A DNA stretch of 64,000 nucleotides from a virus. The notes beneath the pieces are model-generated. The model made no database searches, was not told the origin of the DNA, and worked only from the letters and a program-made list of their open reading frames with translations. The stretch is from positions 505 through 64,504 of IMG/VR virus record IMGVR_UViG_3300015615_001170; one strand, 5' to 3'. Positions 18,293 through 27,410 of the stretch are shown piece after piece. The position numbers and the translations under genes were made by a program. Numbering within the stretch: the stretch's first letter is position 1; each line of letters opens with the position of its first letter.

Positions 18293-19374
18293 CAGTGAAC
18301 CCTCCGACGCAACCCGCTGACCCTTCCGCCGCACTTCATCGCCGTGGTGCCCCCTTGCTCTGCGTCATAGCGCCGCAACAGCCCGATCTTGTTTGCGGCA
18401 TTGAGGAACCCATCGCCGAGCAACTCGGTGGCCTCGGCGTTGAGCACGAACTCATCGGTGGACAGCGCGGCCGGTTGCTGGCCGTCGATGACCGCCGGGA
18501 TCGAATCACTGGTGGGCGTGCCCGGGCCCTCGAGCATCCCCTGCTCGGAGGCGACCTCGCCGCCTGCGGCGAACTTGCGCACCATCCCGCCGTTGCGCAG
18601 TTGGACGTTGCCGCCGCCGTAGCGCCCGGCCATCGCCGAAAGGTTAGAGGGGTCGGTCATGTTCCAACTGGGCGCGGCCGAACCGAAGGTGCCGGTGCCC
18701 TTGGACAGGTAGTCCCCAGCCGCCTTGCCGATGGTGCCGATCACCTGCCCCGCGCCGTAGGCCTGCTGGCCAGCCGTGGCCGACCAGTTGGTTGCGTTGC
18801 GCGACATGGCGTTGCTCGCACTAGCCATCCCAGCCGCCGCGGTGGCCGGCGCCCCACGGTTGAGCCCGACATAGTCCATCTGCTTCTGCAGGCCGGACTG
18901 CTTGGCGTACTCGCGCGCAGCGCGCGTGGAGCCCACCCGCGAGGTCGCCTCGGACATGGACAGCGCGTTGGAATTGGCGATGGCGTTGGGCGAGGAAGGA
19001 TCCCCCACCCCGCGCGAGCGCAGATCCTCGGCGGTGTTCTTGCGCGCGGCATCGAAGGACATGGACACGTCCAGGCCAGCATCGGCCTCCGCGCGCGCGA
19101 TGTCTTCAGGAGAACCGGCGTTGAGCACCGTCTTGCCGATCGCCTCGTTGACCGGGGAGACGTTCTTCTTGTAATCCTCCCACTGCTCGCGCGAGATCTC
19201 GGCCGTCTCGAGCGCGGCCGCATCTGCGCCCTTCATGCCGGATGCGGCCTTCTTCTGCGCATTCGCACTGAGCGCGCTGCCGGCCAGCCCGGCCACCGCA
19301 CCGATCACAGCGCCCCAGAACGACAGCCGCACCGGGGTGAAGAACGGTTTCCAGAATTCAACGAGCATACGCAT
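18292..19374 (-). CDS. DNA pilot/ejection protein (P22 gp7-like position)
   Basis: WGAVIGAVAGLAGSALSA amphipathic N-terminus, Ala/Gln-rich helices; C-terminal GPGTPTSDSIPA..EFVL module. Confidence 0.7.
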   Translation of the reverse strand: MRMLVEFWKPFFTPVRLSFWGAVIGAVAGLAGSALSANAQKKAASGMKGADAAALETAEISREQWEDYKKNVSPVNEAIGKTVLNAGSPEDIARAEADAGLDVSMSFDAARKNTAEDLRSRGVGDPSSPNAIANSNALSMSEATSRVGSTRAAREYAKQSGLQKQMDYVGLNRGAPATAAAGMASASNAMSRNATNWSATAGQQAYGAGQVIGTIGKAAGDYLSKGTGTFGSAAPSWNMTDPSNLSAMAGRYGGGNVQLRNGGMVRKFAAGGEVASEQGMLEGPGTPTSDSIPAVIDGQQPAALSTDEFVLNAEATELLGDGFLNAANKIGLLRRYDAEQGGTTAMKCGGRVSGLRRRVH

Positions 19375-19383
19375 GGGTGGTCC

Positions 19384-19590
19384 TCACTGCGGGCCGCACA
19401 TAAAGTCGACGAGACAGTTGTAAGCGTTCACGAGATCGCCCAGCGTGGCGCTCGATGGCAGGCGCGCGGGCTTTGTGACAGCTGGGTGCTGGCCGGTGAG
19501 GGCCTGAAGGTTCTCGCGCATGGGGGCGAGAACCTCGCGAACATCACGGGGCAGGCGGTCAGGCGGGGGGATTGCGGCCGGCTTTCTCAT
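19384..19590 (-). CDS. Small tail-region protein
   Basis: Coupled ORF between tail and ejection genes. Confidence 0.55.
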   Translation of the reverse strand: MRKPAAIPPPDRLPRDVREVLAPMRENLQALTGQHPAVTKPARLPSSATLGDLVNAYNCLVDFMCGPQ

Positions 19591-21542
19591 GGCACGCGCT
19601 TGAGATCCTCGACAGTCTCGCCGAGCACCACGCGTGTGGTTGGGAGATTGCCGTAGAGCACGACGGAGAACTTGTCTGCGAGGTAGCCAGCGTCATACAT
19701 CTTGCCGGCCCGACCATCGGTCATCTGGTCGGAGAAGATCACTCGCCACGCGTTGTCGTCGTAGTCCCACACCTCGACATCGAGGCGCAGTTCACGCGGA
19801 ACATACACCGGCACGGTCGTCCCGCCAAGGGCCAAACTTCCACCCAGCATGATGCCGCGGTTGTTCGACCCTTCCGGGCCGTCGGTGCCAGGGTAGTATC
19901 CCCCGAACACGTGCGAGCCCATCTCCCCTTTGAGTTCGCCGGCGGTGCCCTCGTCCCAGTGCTCATCTACCACCGCGAGCAGTTCGGCGTAGGCGATGGC
20001 CTCCTCGGCCAGCTTGGCCTGCTCCTCGGCGAACGAGCCCTCGAGCAGCTTGTAATCGGCGATCACCTGATAGGCGCCCAGGTTGATCGGCTGATTCATC
20101 ACGAAGGGGCGACTGCGCCACATGCGCAGCATCAGGTTCTGCTTGTCGCCTTCCCATTCGTAGATCGAGCCGTTGCGCAGGAGGTAGAGCTTGGCCGTCT
20201 CGGAGTCGGTGTACACCCCATCGACCGCGACGTTCAGGGGCATGAACTTTCCATGCGGGCTGGCCGGGTCGAAGTAGAACCCGCGCAGCGCGCCGTCGCG
20301 CTCGAAGAATCCGAAGTAGCGCCCGGTGTACATCGCCCCGATCAGCGTGTTCGAGTCGATGAGCTTGGCCCACTCTTTCTCCTCCATCACCGCCTTGGAG
20401 ATGTATCCAGGCTCCACGCCCAGGCCCACGCGCGCGAGCCCGTGCGCCGATCCGTAGATCGCCCCCGATGGCCCGATGACGATGGAGCGCTTCGACAGCC
20501 CCGGCATCTCCTTGTCGCCCAGGATGGACTGCGACATCGAGGAGGGGTGGTTGCCGGCCATGACGATCGGGCGACCCTTGGTGATGATGTACCAGACGTT
20601 GCCATCGGCGACCGTGCCAACGATCTCCCAGGGCATCGCGAAGCGATAGCGCACCGGCGCGGCGTGCCAGTTGTACGGCTCGAGGAAGCAGATCTCCCGG
20701 CCGGAGAACACCGTGGCCATGCCGTTGGCGCCGACCGTCAGGCCCTTGGCATCGGTGGGCGGGGCCTCCCAGCGCGAGCCGGTGATCTCCGCCCCGTCCG
20801 GGGTGAACTCGATCGATGGGCAGGCCGGCAGCGCCGCGACCACCGTGTCGGTGTTCACGTTCAGGTTGTCCACGAAGGTCGCCGTGCCCAGGCCGATCTC
20901 CGCCACGCGCCGCGCGCTCACCAGGCCGGAGTCGGTGGCGACCATGCGGTAGATGCGCTTCTTGTCGATCTGGTACTTGGTCGAGGTGCCGGTCACGGTG
21001 GTGCCAGTGACCACGGTGTTGGTGCCGTCGATCTTGTAGGCGATGGTGGTGGGGTTGCTCGGCGGGCCCTCTTCCTGCCACTGCGAACTGAAGTAGGTGT
21101 AGAAGTACCCGCCCGTGGCCGTGGTGGTACTCGTCCCCCCGGTGCTGGTGACCGATGCGGTGCCGGGCGCGGGATAGCCCCACTCCAGATAATCAGCCGG
21201 GTAGTTCCCCGCCCCCGTGGCCAACGAGAGGTTGGTCTTCTTGGGCGTGCCGTCCCCGGTGTAGTAGGCCTTGAAGCCGGTGTCATTCGCGAGCGGGCCC
21301 TTCGCGGCGTCGACGTCGGTGTCCCAGGTCAGCCAGTAGTCGGTGTCATCGTTGTACATGCGAAAGGCCGACTTTGGCGCGGCCTTGAGCGAGGTGAACA
21401 CCTTCTTGGGCGAGTAGAACGAGCCCAGCGATCCGTTGTGGACGTCGGCGTTCTCCGCGTCCTGCGCGGCTTCCTGGGGCAGGCTCTCCGGGTCGAGCCC
21501 GGGGATCGGCCCGCCGAACAGTTGGATGCGGATGCCGGCCAT
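19587..21542 (-). CDS. Head-closure / tail nozzle (stabilisation) protein
   Basis: FGGPIPG..P.SLP..AAQ.A.N, ICFLEPYNWHAAP, beta-propeller character; podovirus synteny. Confidence 0.75.
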   Translation of the reverse strand: MAGIRIQLFGGPIPGLDPESLPQEAAQDAENADVHNGSLGSFYSPKKVFTSLKAAPKSAFRMYNDDTDYWLTWDTDVDAAKGPLANDTGFKAYYTGDGTPKKTNLSLATGAGNYPADYLEWGYPAPGTASVTSTGGTSTTTATGGYFYTYFSSQWQEEGPPSNPTTIAYKIDGTNTVVTGTTVTGTSTKYQIDKKRIYRMVATDSGLVSARRVAEIGLGTATFVDNLNVNTDTVVAALPACPSIEFTPDGAEITGSRWEAPPTDAKGLTVGANGMATVFSGREICFLEPYNWHAAPVRYRFAMPWEIVGTVADGNVWYIITKGRPIVMAGNHPSSMSQSILGDKEMPGLSKRSIVIGPSGAIYGSAHGLARVGLGVEPGYISKAVMEEKEWAKLIDSNTLIGAMYTGRYFGFFERDGALRGFYFDPASPHGKFMPLNVAVDGVYTDSETAKLYLLRNGSIYEWEGDKQNLMLRMWRSRPFVMNQPINLGAYQVIADYKLLEGSFAEEQAKLAEEAIAYAELLAVVDEHWDEGTAGELKGEMGSHVFGGYYPGTDGPEGSNNRGIMLGGSLALGGTTVPVYVPRELRLDVEVWDYDDNAWRVIFSDQMTDGRAGKMYDAGYLADKFSVVLYGNLPTTRVVLGETVEDLKRVP

Positions 21543-22810
21543 TAGGCAAGCACGCCGTAGATGGCAACAACGAACTGGTCATTAACATCGACGTTGCTGA
21601 TGCGCCCGGTATTAACGTCGACCGCCGTGTACACCTTTGCAGTCACGCCGTTCGTGTTCACGATGTCATAGAAGACGGCGAAGTGGTTGGAGTTGGCAAA
21701 GTCTCGCGCGAATTCCAGCGTTACCCGATCGTTGTTGACGTCGAATGACGCTGATACATCAGCAGCGCCGGCCTCATACGCAAGGCTCATTGATCCGAAT
21801 GCGCTGATATTGATGCGCAGCAAGTATTTGGGGAACACGCCGTAGTGCGCCACACGCTCATGCGTGACGAACTTGTTGACCGGCGGGGAAGCCTGCATCT
21901 CCGCAACAGAGGCAACCGCAGATCCCTCGACCGTGCTCGACTCATGCACACGCAGCACCACCGAGTCGTCGGCATCCTTGACCAAGGTGAAGTTGCCGTC
22001 TGCCTCGAGGAACGCCTGCAACACGCGGCAGAAGGCCTGGATGTCACTCGGGTTGCCGACGTGTTCGTCGCCGTAGAGCAGTAGTTGCGCGCCCTCGTTA
22101 TCGACGTTGCCACCAGAGATCGTGCAGCCGGAGTTGTTGACGCCTCGCGCCATCTTGTAGATCCGGCGGGCATACGATGCATTGAGCAGGATCCACCAGT
22201 CGTTGGTGAGCGAGTACTTGAACCGCAGCATGTGCTTGTTGCCCGTGATCGCACCGGCGACCAGCTGCTCGCCCAGGTCATCGCGCACCGACTTCGCGCC
22301 AGTGGCCAGCGGCGCACCGCCCAGCGTGGTCGAGTCCAGCGTGAGCGCGAAGGTCACATTGCCGTCGTTCTCGGCGGTGGCCATGCCGGTCACTTCGAAC
22401 CCATCTGGGATGCTGGGGCTGCGCGTGACGATGCTCGCGGTGAGCGCGTTGGCCGTGCCGCCGATGGTCAGATGAGACTTGATCCCGCCGAGGAACTCCA
22501 GTTCCTGCGCCATGCCGCTGTGCCAGCGCAGTTCGAACTTGTCCCCGGAGGCGAACGCGCGCGGGACCGTGCCCAGCTGCGAGCCGCTGGCCACGATGTG
22601 ATTGCTCGCCGTGGATACCGCATGCACCAGCCAGCGCTCGATCTGTCCGGCCTGGTTGATCATGTCGAGATAGGTGAAGTCGCCGGCAGCCAGCGGTGGA
22701 ATGCGCGCGGCGTCTCCCGATGCCAGCGCGATGGTCGCGGTCGAGCGCGAGTCGCCAGTGCCGATGGTGGCGTTGATCGCGCCGTAGACGTTGTCGCGTA
22801 GCTTGAGCAT
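21542..22810 (-). CDS. Tail fibre/adaptor protein
   Basis: N-terminal KLRDNV..TI..PRAFASGDKFELR and GGTANALT fibre-like segments. Confidence 0.65.
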   Translation of the reverse strand: MLKLRDNVYGAINATIGTGDSRSTATIALASGDAARIPPLAAGDFTYLDMINQAGQIERWLVHAVSTASNHIVASGSQLGTVPRAFASGDKFELRWHSGMAQELEFLGGIKSHLTIGGTANALTASIVTRSPSIPDGFEVTGMATAENDGNVTFALTLDSTTLGGAPLATGAKSVRDDLGEQLVAGAITGNKHMLRFKYSLTNDWWILLNASYARRIYKMARGVNNSGCTISGGNVDNEGAQLLLYGDEHVGNPSDIQAFCRVLQAFLEADGNFTLVKDADDSVVLRVHESSTVEGSAVASVAEMQASPPVNKFVTHERVAHYGVFPKYLLRINISAFGSMSLAYEAGAADVSASFDVNNDRVTLEFARDFANSNHFAVFYDIVNTNGVTAKVYTAVDVNTGRISNVDVNDQFVVAIYGVLA

Positions 22811-22812
22811 TC

Positions 22813-23457
22813 TTATTCCTCGGGGAGCGAGTGATAGCCGTAGGTGCGCAGCGGCCCAGTGGTCAGACCCTTGTCTGCCGCAGATTGAGCGTCGCCGATC
22901 GCGTTCTCGAATAGGGTGAAGTACATCGAGGCGGCATCCGGGTTAGACCAGCGGAAGCCAGCCATCCGCATCAGGCGGTGCTTTGCCCCGTATCCGATCG
23001 GCTCGAAGTACTGTTCGAAGATCCAGTCAGGGATGCTGGTGCCGGTGGCGCCCGGCATGAGCGCGACCTTCAGGTCGAGCGTGTGCTCGATCTCTGGCGT
23101 ACGGATCAGGCGGATCACACTTGAGGTGTTCTCCATGAGGTAGCGCTTGACCTCGCCCAACTCGAACTGCCAGTTCGGATACTCGCGCTCGAGGTCGCCG
23201 GGCAGGATGGGCTTGATCTCGCGCTCGTCGTCGATCTTCGCCTTGATGATGTCGGCCAGGACAGTGCCCGTGCCAACGGAAACGGTGTAGGTGCCGGTGG
23301 TGGCCACCAGCGTGATGGGGGTGAGATCCTCGCGCCAGATGGTCGAGCGCTTGAGGAACTCGCGCATGCTGTTGCGCACCGCGTTGGTGAGCAGCGGCGT
23401 CGACACGCCCCCCACTTCCGGCAGGACCTCGTCGAACCACTGCGCGATGTCCGCCAT
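22813..23457 (-). CDS. Head-tail adaptor protein
   Basis: PEVGG..AVRNSMREFLKRSTIWRE..IGYGAKHRL..WSNPDAA adaptor pattern. Confidence 0.7.
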   Translation of the reverse strand: MADIAQWFDEVLPEVGGVSTPLLTNAVRNSMREFLKRSTIWREDLTPITLVATTGTYTVSVGTGTVLADIIKAKIDDEREIKPILPGDLEREYPNWQFELGEVKRYLMENTSSVIRLIRTPEIEHTLDLKVALMPGATGTSIPDWIFEQYFEPIGYGAKHRLMRMAGFRWSNPDAASMYFTLFENAIGDAQSAADKGLTTGPLRTYGYHSLPEE

Positions 23458-23804
23458 CAGCGAGCGACTCCCATGTCTCGTTCGAACAGTTTCAGGAATT
23501 CACCAGCCTTGCCCTTCACGCCGTACTCATCGTCGCGCAACTCGGCACGATAGGCCGCGTAGTAGGCAAGCGCCGGCACGTACTGCGCAGGCAGAGGGAA
23601 GGTCCCTCCGATTGCCAGATCGACCCAAGGCGTGGAGAACGTCCCGATCCACAGGTCCGGCCGCAGATCGCGAGTGCGCAGCAACCCTTGGTTGATGAAC
23701 CTCACCAGATCGGCGTTGGGATAGCGGCGCTTGGTGTCATCAGGCTTGTTGTCGTGCAACAAGTCCCTGCGCGCCTGGTCCACCACGTCTTGGATCGTTG
23801 CCAT
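23457..23804 (-). CDS. Head-tail adaptor-like protein (DUF6682-like)
   Basis: ARRDLLHD..RYP..DLVRFINQG..LRPDL..ALAYYAAYRA. Confidence 0.65.
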   Translation of the reverse strand: MATIQDVVDQARRDLLHDNKPDDTKRRYPNADLVRFINQGLLRTRDLRPDLWIGTFSTPWVDLAIGGTFPLPAQYVPALAYYAAYRAELRDDEYGVKGKAGEFLKLFERDMGVAR

Positions 23805-23805
23805 C

Positions 23806-24297
23806 TCAGCCCTGCGTCACAGCGGCCAGAGCGAACTCGACCATTTCCTGATCGGTGAACTTGCGCGCATCCACCTCCAGGCTCAGTGTCTTGCGCAGGT
23901 AATCGGCGATCTCGACGCGCTTCATCGTTGCGAAGTCGGGATGCACCGCGGTGGGGGCCGGCGTCTCGGTCTGGAGTTCGCCCTCGGTCAGGTCGATCAC
24001 CTGCAGCTTGGCGAGGCCTTGCGAGATCTTCGCGAAGTTCTCGCTCGACACCACCACCACGATGTTGGGAACGCCGATGGCAGCACTCGATACGCCCTCG
24101 CGCTGTGCGCGCAATGCGGCGACTTGTTCCGGTGAAGTCTTGTCGGCATCGACCCAGATCTCCGGGTGAGCCAGCAGCTTGGTCGCTGCAGCGTCATCCT
24201 CGATCTCGATGATCTGATCACGACGCCACGTCAGGCGAGTGTTCGCCACGTTGTCGTGTTTCGTGTCTTTCACGCCCACGTACATGATGCGTTTCAT
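23806..24297 (-). CDS. Hypothetical head-module protein
   Basis: IMYVGVK..KHDNVA..TW..KLLAHPEIW; GAGG RBS. Confidence 0.65.
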   Translation of the reverse strand: MKRIMYVGVKDTKHDNVANTRLTWRRDQIIEIEDDAAATKLLAHPEIWVDADKTSPEQVAALRAQREGVSSAAIGVPNIVVVVSSENFAKISQGLAKLQVIDLTEGELQTETPAPTAVHPDFATMKRVEIADYLRKTLSLEVDARKFTDQEMVEFALAAVTQG

Positions 24298-24312
24298 AGG
24301 TCCTCTCGATGG

Positions 24313-24339
24313 AAAAAGGGGGCCACGAATGGCCCCCTT
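24313..24339 (-). terminator. Intrinsic terminator after capsid/decoration genes
   Basis: 10-bp stem, TTCG loop, T-tract on - strand. Confidence 0.8.
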
Positions 24340-24358
24340 GGATTGCACTGCGAACCGC

Positions 24359-24832
24359 TTACGCTTGACCGGTCATCTCACCCTTCACCACCAGGTCAGC
24401 GCGCGCTGCAGCATCCAGCGCAGCACCAGCCACCGTGGCGATGAGGAAGGCTGCCTTGGGCAGCGTGATCGGCTTCACGCCGGTGTTGTTGCCGCGCTGA
24501 ACTGCCAGCGAGCCCGTGGTGGCCGTCAGGAAGTAGTCCGCATCCTGGGGCACCGCCGCGTCGTCCACACCGTCCTGATACTCGAAGCCCACGGCCAGCG
24601 TCGCACTCGCGGTGAAAGCGTCGGAGACGTTCATCGTGAAGTCAGCTGGATAGAGCTTCATGCCAGATTGCAGTTGGCCGACGATGATCTTGTCGGCCGT
24701 GGCCACCGCCACGCCGTTCACCTTGCCGTCCGAAGCGCAGACCAGCGAGAAGTGAGAGGCGGAGAGATTGCCGTGAGGGCCCATGTACTGAACTTTGTTC
24801 AGCTCGGCCGGGGTGTTGTTGATGGTTGCCAT
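24359..24832 (-). CDS. Capsid decoration / minor head protein
   Basis: Directly after MCP; beta-rich 157 aa. Confidence 0.65.
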   Translation of the reverse strand: MATINNTPAELNKVQYMGPHGNLSASHFSLVCASDGKVNGVAVATADKIIVGQLQSGMKLYPADFTMNVSDAFTASATLAVGFEYQDGVDDAAVPQDADYFLTATTGSLAVQRGNNTGVKPITLPKAAFLIATVAGAALDAAARADLVVKGEMTGQA

Positions 24833-24885
24833 CTTCGATTCCTCGAATCAGGGCCAACAGGGGGAGGATCACCCCCCCTGCTGAA

Positions 24886-26172
24886 TTACAGGAGAGCCTT
24901 ACCGGCCGCGCTGTTCGGATCGGGAGCGTAGGAGTCGCAGACCGCCACGCCGTAATCCACCCACTCGTCCACACCGGTGGCCGTCTTCATGCGGAAGCGG
25001 GCCTTCTTCACGCCCTGCATCATCGCGTAGGACATTTCCACCGTGTTGCAGTGGTCGGCTTCTTCCTCGAACCAAGAGTAGTGGTAGTCGGAAGAGTGGT
25101 GCTTGCCGTAGGCCTTGATCAGCGCCTGAGCGCCAACGATGATGGCCCGGTCGGTCGCCACTGCGCAGGTGGCAGTGGTGGTCGTGGGAGCAGCCGCGAC
25201 GGTGTCATCAGCACCGACCGTCACCACCTCACCAGCCGCGAAGCGAATCGCCATGCGGTTGATCGGGCGGATCAGGATACGACGCCACATGCCGCAGTCA
25301 CCGTAGAACAGCGGGTGACGCATGCCGTTGGACCGGCGCTCGTACGCGTTCTGGATGAAGGTGCGCCACGCTTTCTCGCCGGTGCGAGTCTGCAGGTAGA
25401 GCCACTGGCGTTCGGTGACGAACATCACCCACAGCGGATCGTTCCATGCGTAGACATCGCCCTTGACCTTCACCGCCTGCAGCGGCACCACGCTATCGGA
25501 CAGGACCGTCGCGAGACGGTCGACATCAGACAGGGTGAGCACGTCGGTGTTGTCCAGGCTCGCGAGCCCGGTTGCATCGGCGGCGTAGAAGTGGCGGTTC
25601 TTCGTGGGGGGCACCACAGGGTTGATGCAGATCTCGGCGAACTCCGCGTCGTCTGCAGTGGGGACAACCCAATCCACGTTCGACTGCGAGCCACGCGCGC
25701 CGGCCATGTGGATCAGCGTGAGCTGGTCCTCGTAGCGCATCGCGTGCGACTTCAGCCCTGCCATGGAGATGCCGCGCAGGTTCCAAACGGTACGCTGCTG
25801 GGTCATCTTGCCACCGCTGTCAGCACCCGCCCGCGCCTGGTTGATCGTCACGTCCATGCTCGAGAACGTGAGGCTCATCAGGCGACCTTGGATGCGCTTG
25901 TCGCCCATCGTCGGCTTGCCTTGCAGCGGGTTGAACATGTCGACAGTGATCATGTTGCCAGCGCCCTTGGACAGGTCCATCGCCTTGACGACGGGATAGT
26001 CCGCGGAAGTCTGGCTCTTCGTACCAGAGAGCTTGGCTTCCGCATCGGCTTGCTGGGGCATCGGGCCGGACAACAGATTCATGAAGCCCGGCTCGACCAT
26101 GGTCTGTGCGAACAGACCGGCACCAAAGACCTTCCGCGCAAGCGGAGATCCAACTGGGATTTCAGTAGGCAT
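24886..26172 (-). CDS. Major capsid protein, N4-gp56 family (DUF4043-like)
   Basis: DLSKGAG..PTMGD..INQAR..GGKMTQQRT..HMAGARG..HPLFYG..DRAIIVGAQAL..DYGV. Confidence 0.9.
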   Translation of the reverse strand: MPTEIPVGSPLARKVFGAGLFAQTMVEPGFMNLLSGPMPQQADAEAKLSGTKSQTSADYPVVKAMDLSKGAGNMITVDMFNPLQGKPTMGDKRIQGRLMSLTFSSMDVTINQARAGADSGGKMTQQRTVWNLRGISMAGLKSHAMRYEDQLTLIHMAGARGSQSNVDWVVPTADDAEFAEICINPVVPPTKNRHFYAADATGLASLDNTDVLTLSDVDRLATVLSDSVVPLQAVKVKGDVYAWNDPLWVMFVTERQWLYLQTRTGEKAWRTFIQNAYERRSNGMRHPLFYGDCGMWRRILIRPINRMAIRFAAGEVVTVGADDTVAAAPTTTTATCAVATDRAIIVGAQALIKAYGKHHSSDYHYSWFEEEADHCNTVEMSYAMMQGVKKARFRMKTATGVDEWVDYGVAVCDSYAPDPNSAAGKALL

Positions 26173-26265
26173 TGCTTTCCTCCATTACGGCCTAGGGCGT
26201 CGCCTCTCGGCGGACCCTGGCCACTAGGAGATTCCCGTCATCACGACGGGGAACCAGTTGATCGT

Positions 26266-27327
26266 TCAGAGCCTGGCAAGTGCCTGCGCCATCTTTTCGG
26301 GGTCGCCCCCGGATGAACGCATCAGGTAATCGCTGATCTGCTCGGCAGACATCTGGCCCAACTTCTCGGCCTCCGATGTCGCCGGCGGAGCACCGCCAGG
26401 AATCTGTGAGATGGAAAGCGGAACGGGCGGCTTGATGTCCGCCAGCTTCGCTGCAGCAGCAGCTGCCAGATCGGCTGCGCTCGGGGTTGCCGGCGCTTGC
26501 TGCTGCTGCTCAGGCATTTCTGCCTTTACGAGGTCGACCACTTTGGCATACAGCTCCGTGTAGGACTTCTGCCCCCACACAGGGTCATTGACCAACAGGT
26601 CGGCGAGATCCACTGCACGGTTCCAGCGCGCCACGTCGTTGGCCTCCCATGCAACCAGCGAGGTGTTGCGATCGATCGCCTCGCGCGCTTCACGCGCGTA
26701 GCGGTCTTGATCGCTTTCCTTGCCGGGTGTCTGGGACACCTTCTCCATGAGCATCTGGATGGCGCGCTGCTGCTTTTCGAGAATGCCGCCCAGGCTCGGC
26801 AATTCGTTCTTCACGATCTCCAGGTCTTCAGGAGAGATGAATTCGAGTTGCTGGTCCTGATTGCCACCGCCGGCTGCATCGCCAACGGCTGCTTGCGCGC
26901 GTGCCAACTCGTCGATCTTCGCGGCTTGTTCGGCCACGATGCGTTCGAGTTGATCGTTACGCTTGCGCGTTCCCTCGAGCACCGCGTAGGGGATGACATG
27001 CTTCCCGTCGGCGGTTTGCACACCTTCCGCTTGCTTCTCTTCCTGCTGCTGGCTATTCGCCTGCTGTTGAGTCGGATCGGGCTCGGCGGGTTTCGCCTGC
27101 TCGGCCGTGGGCTCCGGGGTCTTCTCCGTGCCTTTATCAACGGTGATGGGTTGAACCTCTGCCTTGCCGCCGCCCCATACGTCAATGTCAGGCTCTGCGG
27201 TGTTCCCGTACATGCCCTTCTCGGCCTGCGTCGCGATCTTCATGATCTCGTCGGGGTCGTGCGGCATCTCGTCCGGGTGTTCGAGGTAGTAGTTCAGGTC
27301 CTTCGTTACTGCTGCTGCTGCGGGCAT
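26266..27327 (-). CDS. Scaffolding protein
   Basis: ADGKHVIPYAVLE motif, coiled coil, P.SIS.IPGG..P tail; directly upstream of MCP. Confidence 0.8.
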   Translation of the reverse strand: MPAAAAVTKDLNYYLEHPDEMPHDPDEIMKIATQAEKGMYGNTAEPDIDVWGGGKAEVQPITVDKGTEKTPEPTAEQAKPAEPDPTQQQANSQQQEEKQAEGVQTADGKHVIPYAVLEGTRKRNDQLERIVAEQAAKIDELARAQAAVGDAAGGGNQDQQLEFISPEDLEIVKNELPSLGGILEKQQRAIQMLMEKVSQTPGKESDQDRYAREAREAIDRNTSLVAWEANDVARWNRAVDLADLLVNDPVWGQKSYTELYAKVVDLVKAEMPEQQQQAPATPSAADLAAAAAAKLADIKPPVPLSISQIPGGAPPATSEAEKLGQMSAEQISDYLMRSSGGDPEKMAQALARL

Positions 27328-27356
27328 ACACTCTCCTGTCTATCGCTCCAGGCGCG

Positions 27357-27380
27357 AAAAAGCCCGCGCTCGGCGGGCTT
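27357..27380 (-). terminator. Intrinsic terminator after the FkbM-GT9 gene
   Basis: AAGCCCGC/GCGGGCTT stem with T-tract on - strand. Confidence 0.75.
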
Positions 27381-27410
27381 GGGGTTGGGCCCTTATCGGG
27401 GGCGAGGCGA

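Noticed and set aside
26175..26260. Two hairpins in the scaffold-capsid intergenic region
   Set aside because: Stabilising hairpins ahead of highly expressed capsid genes are common; nothing distinctive
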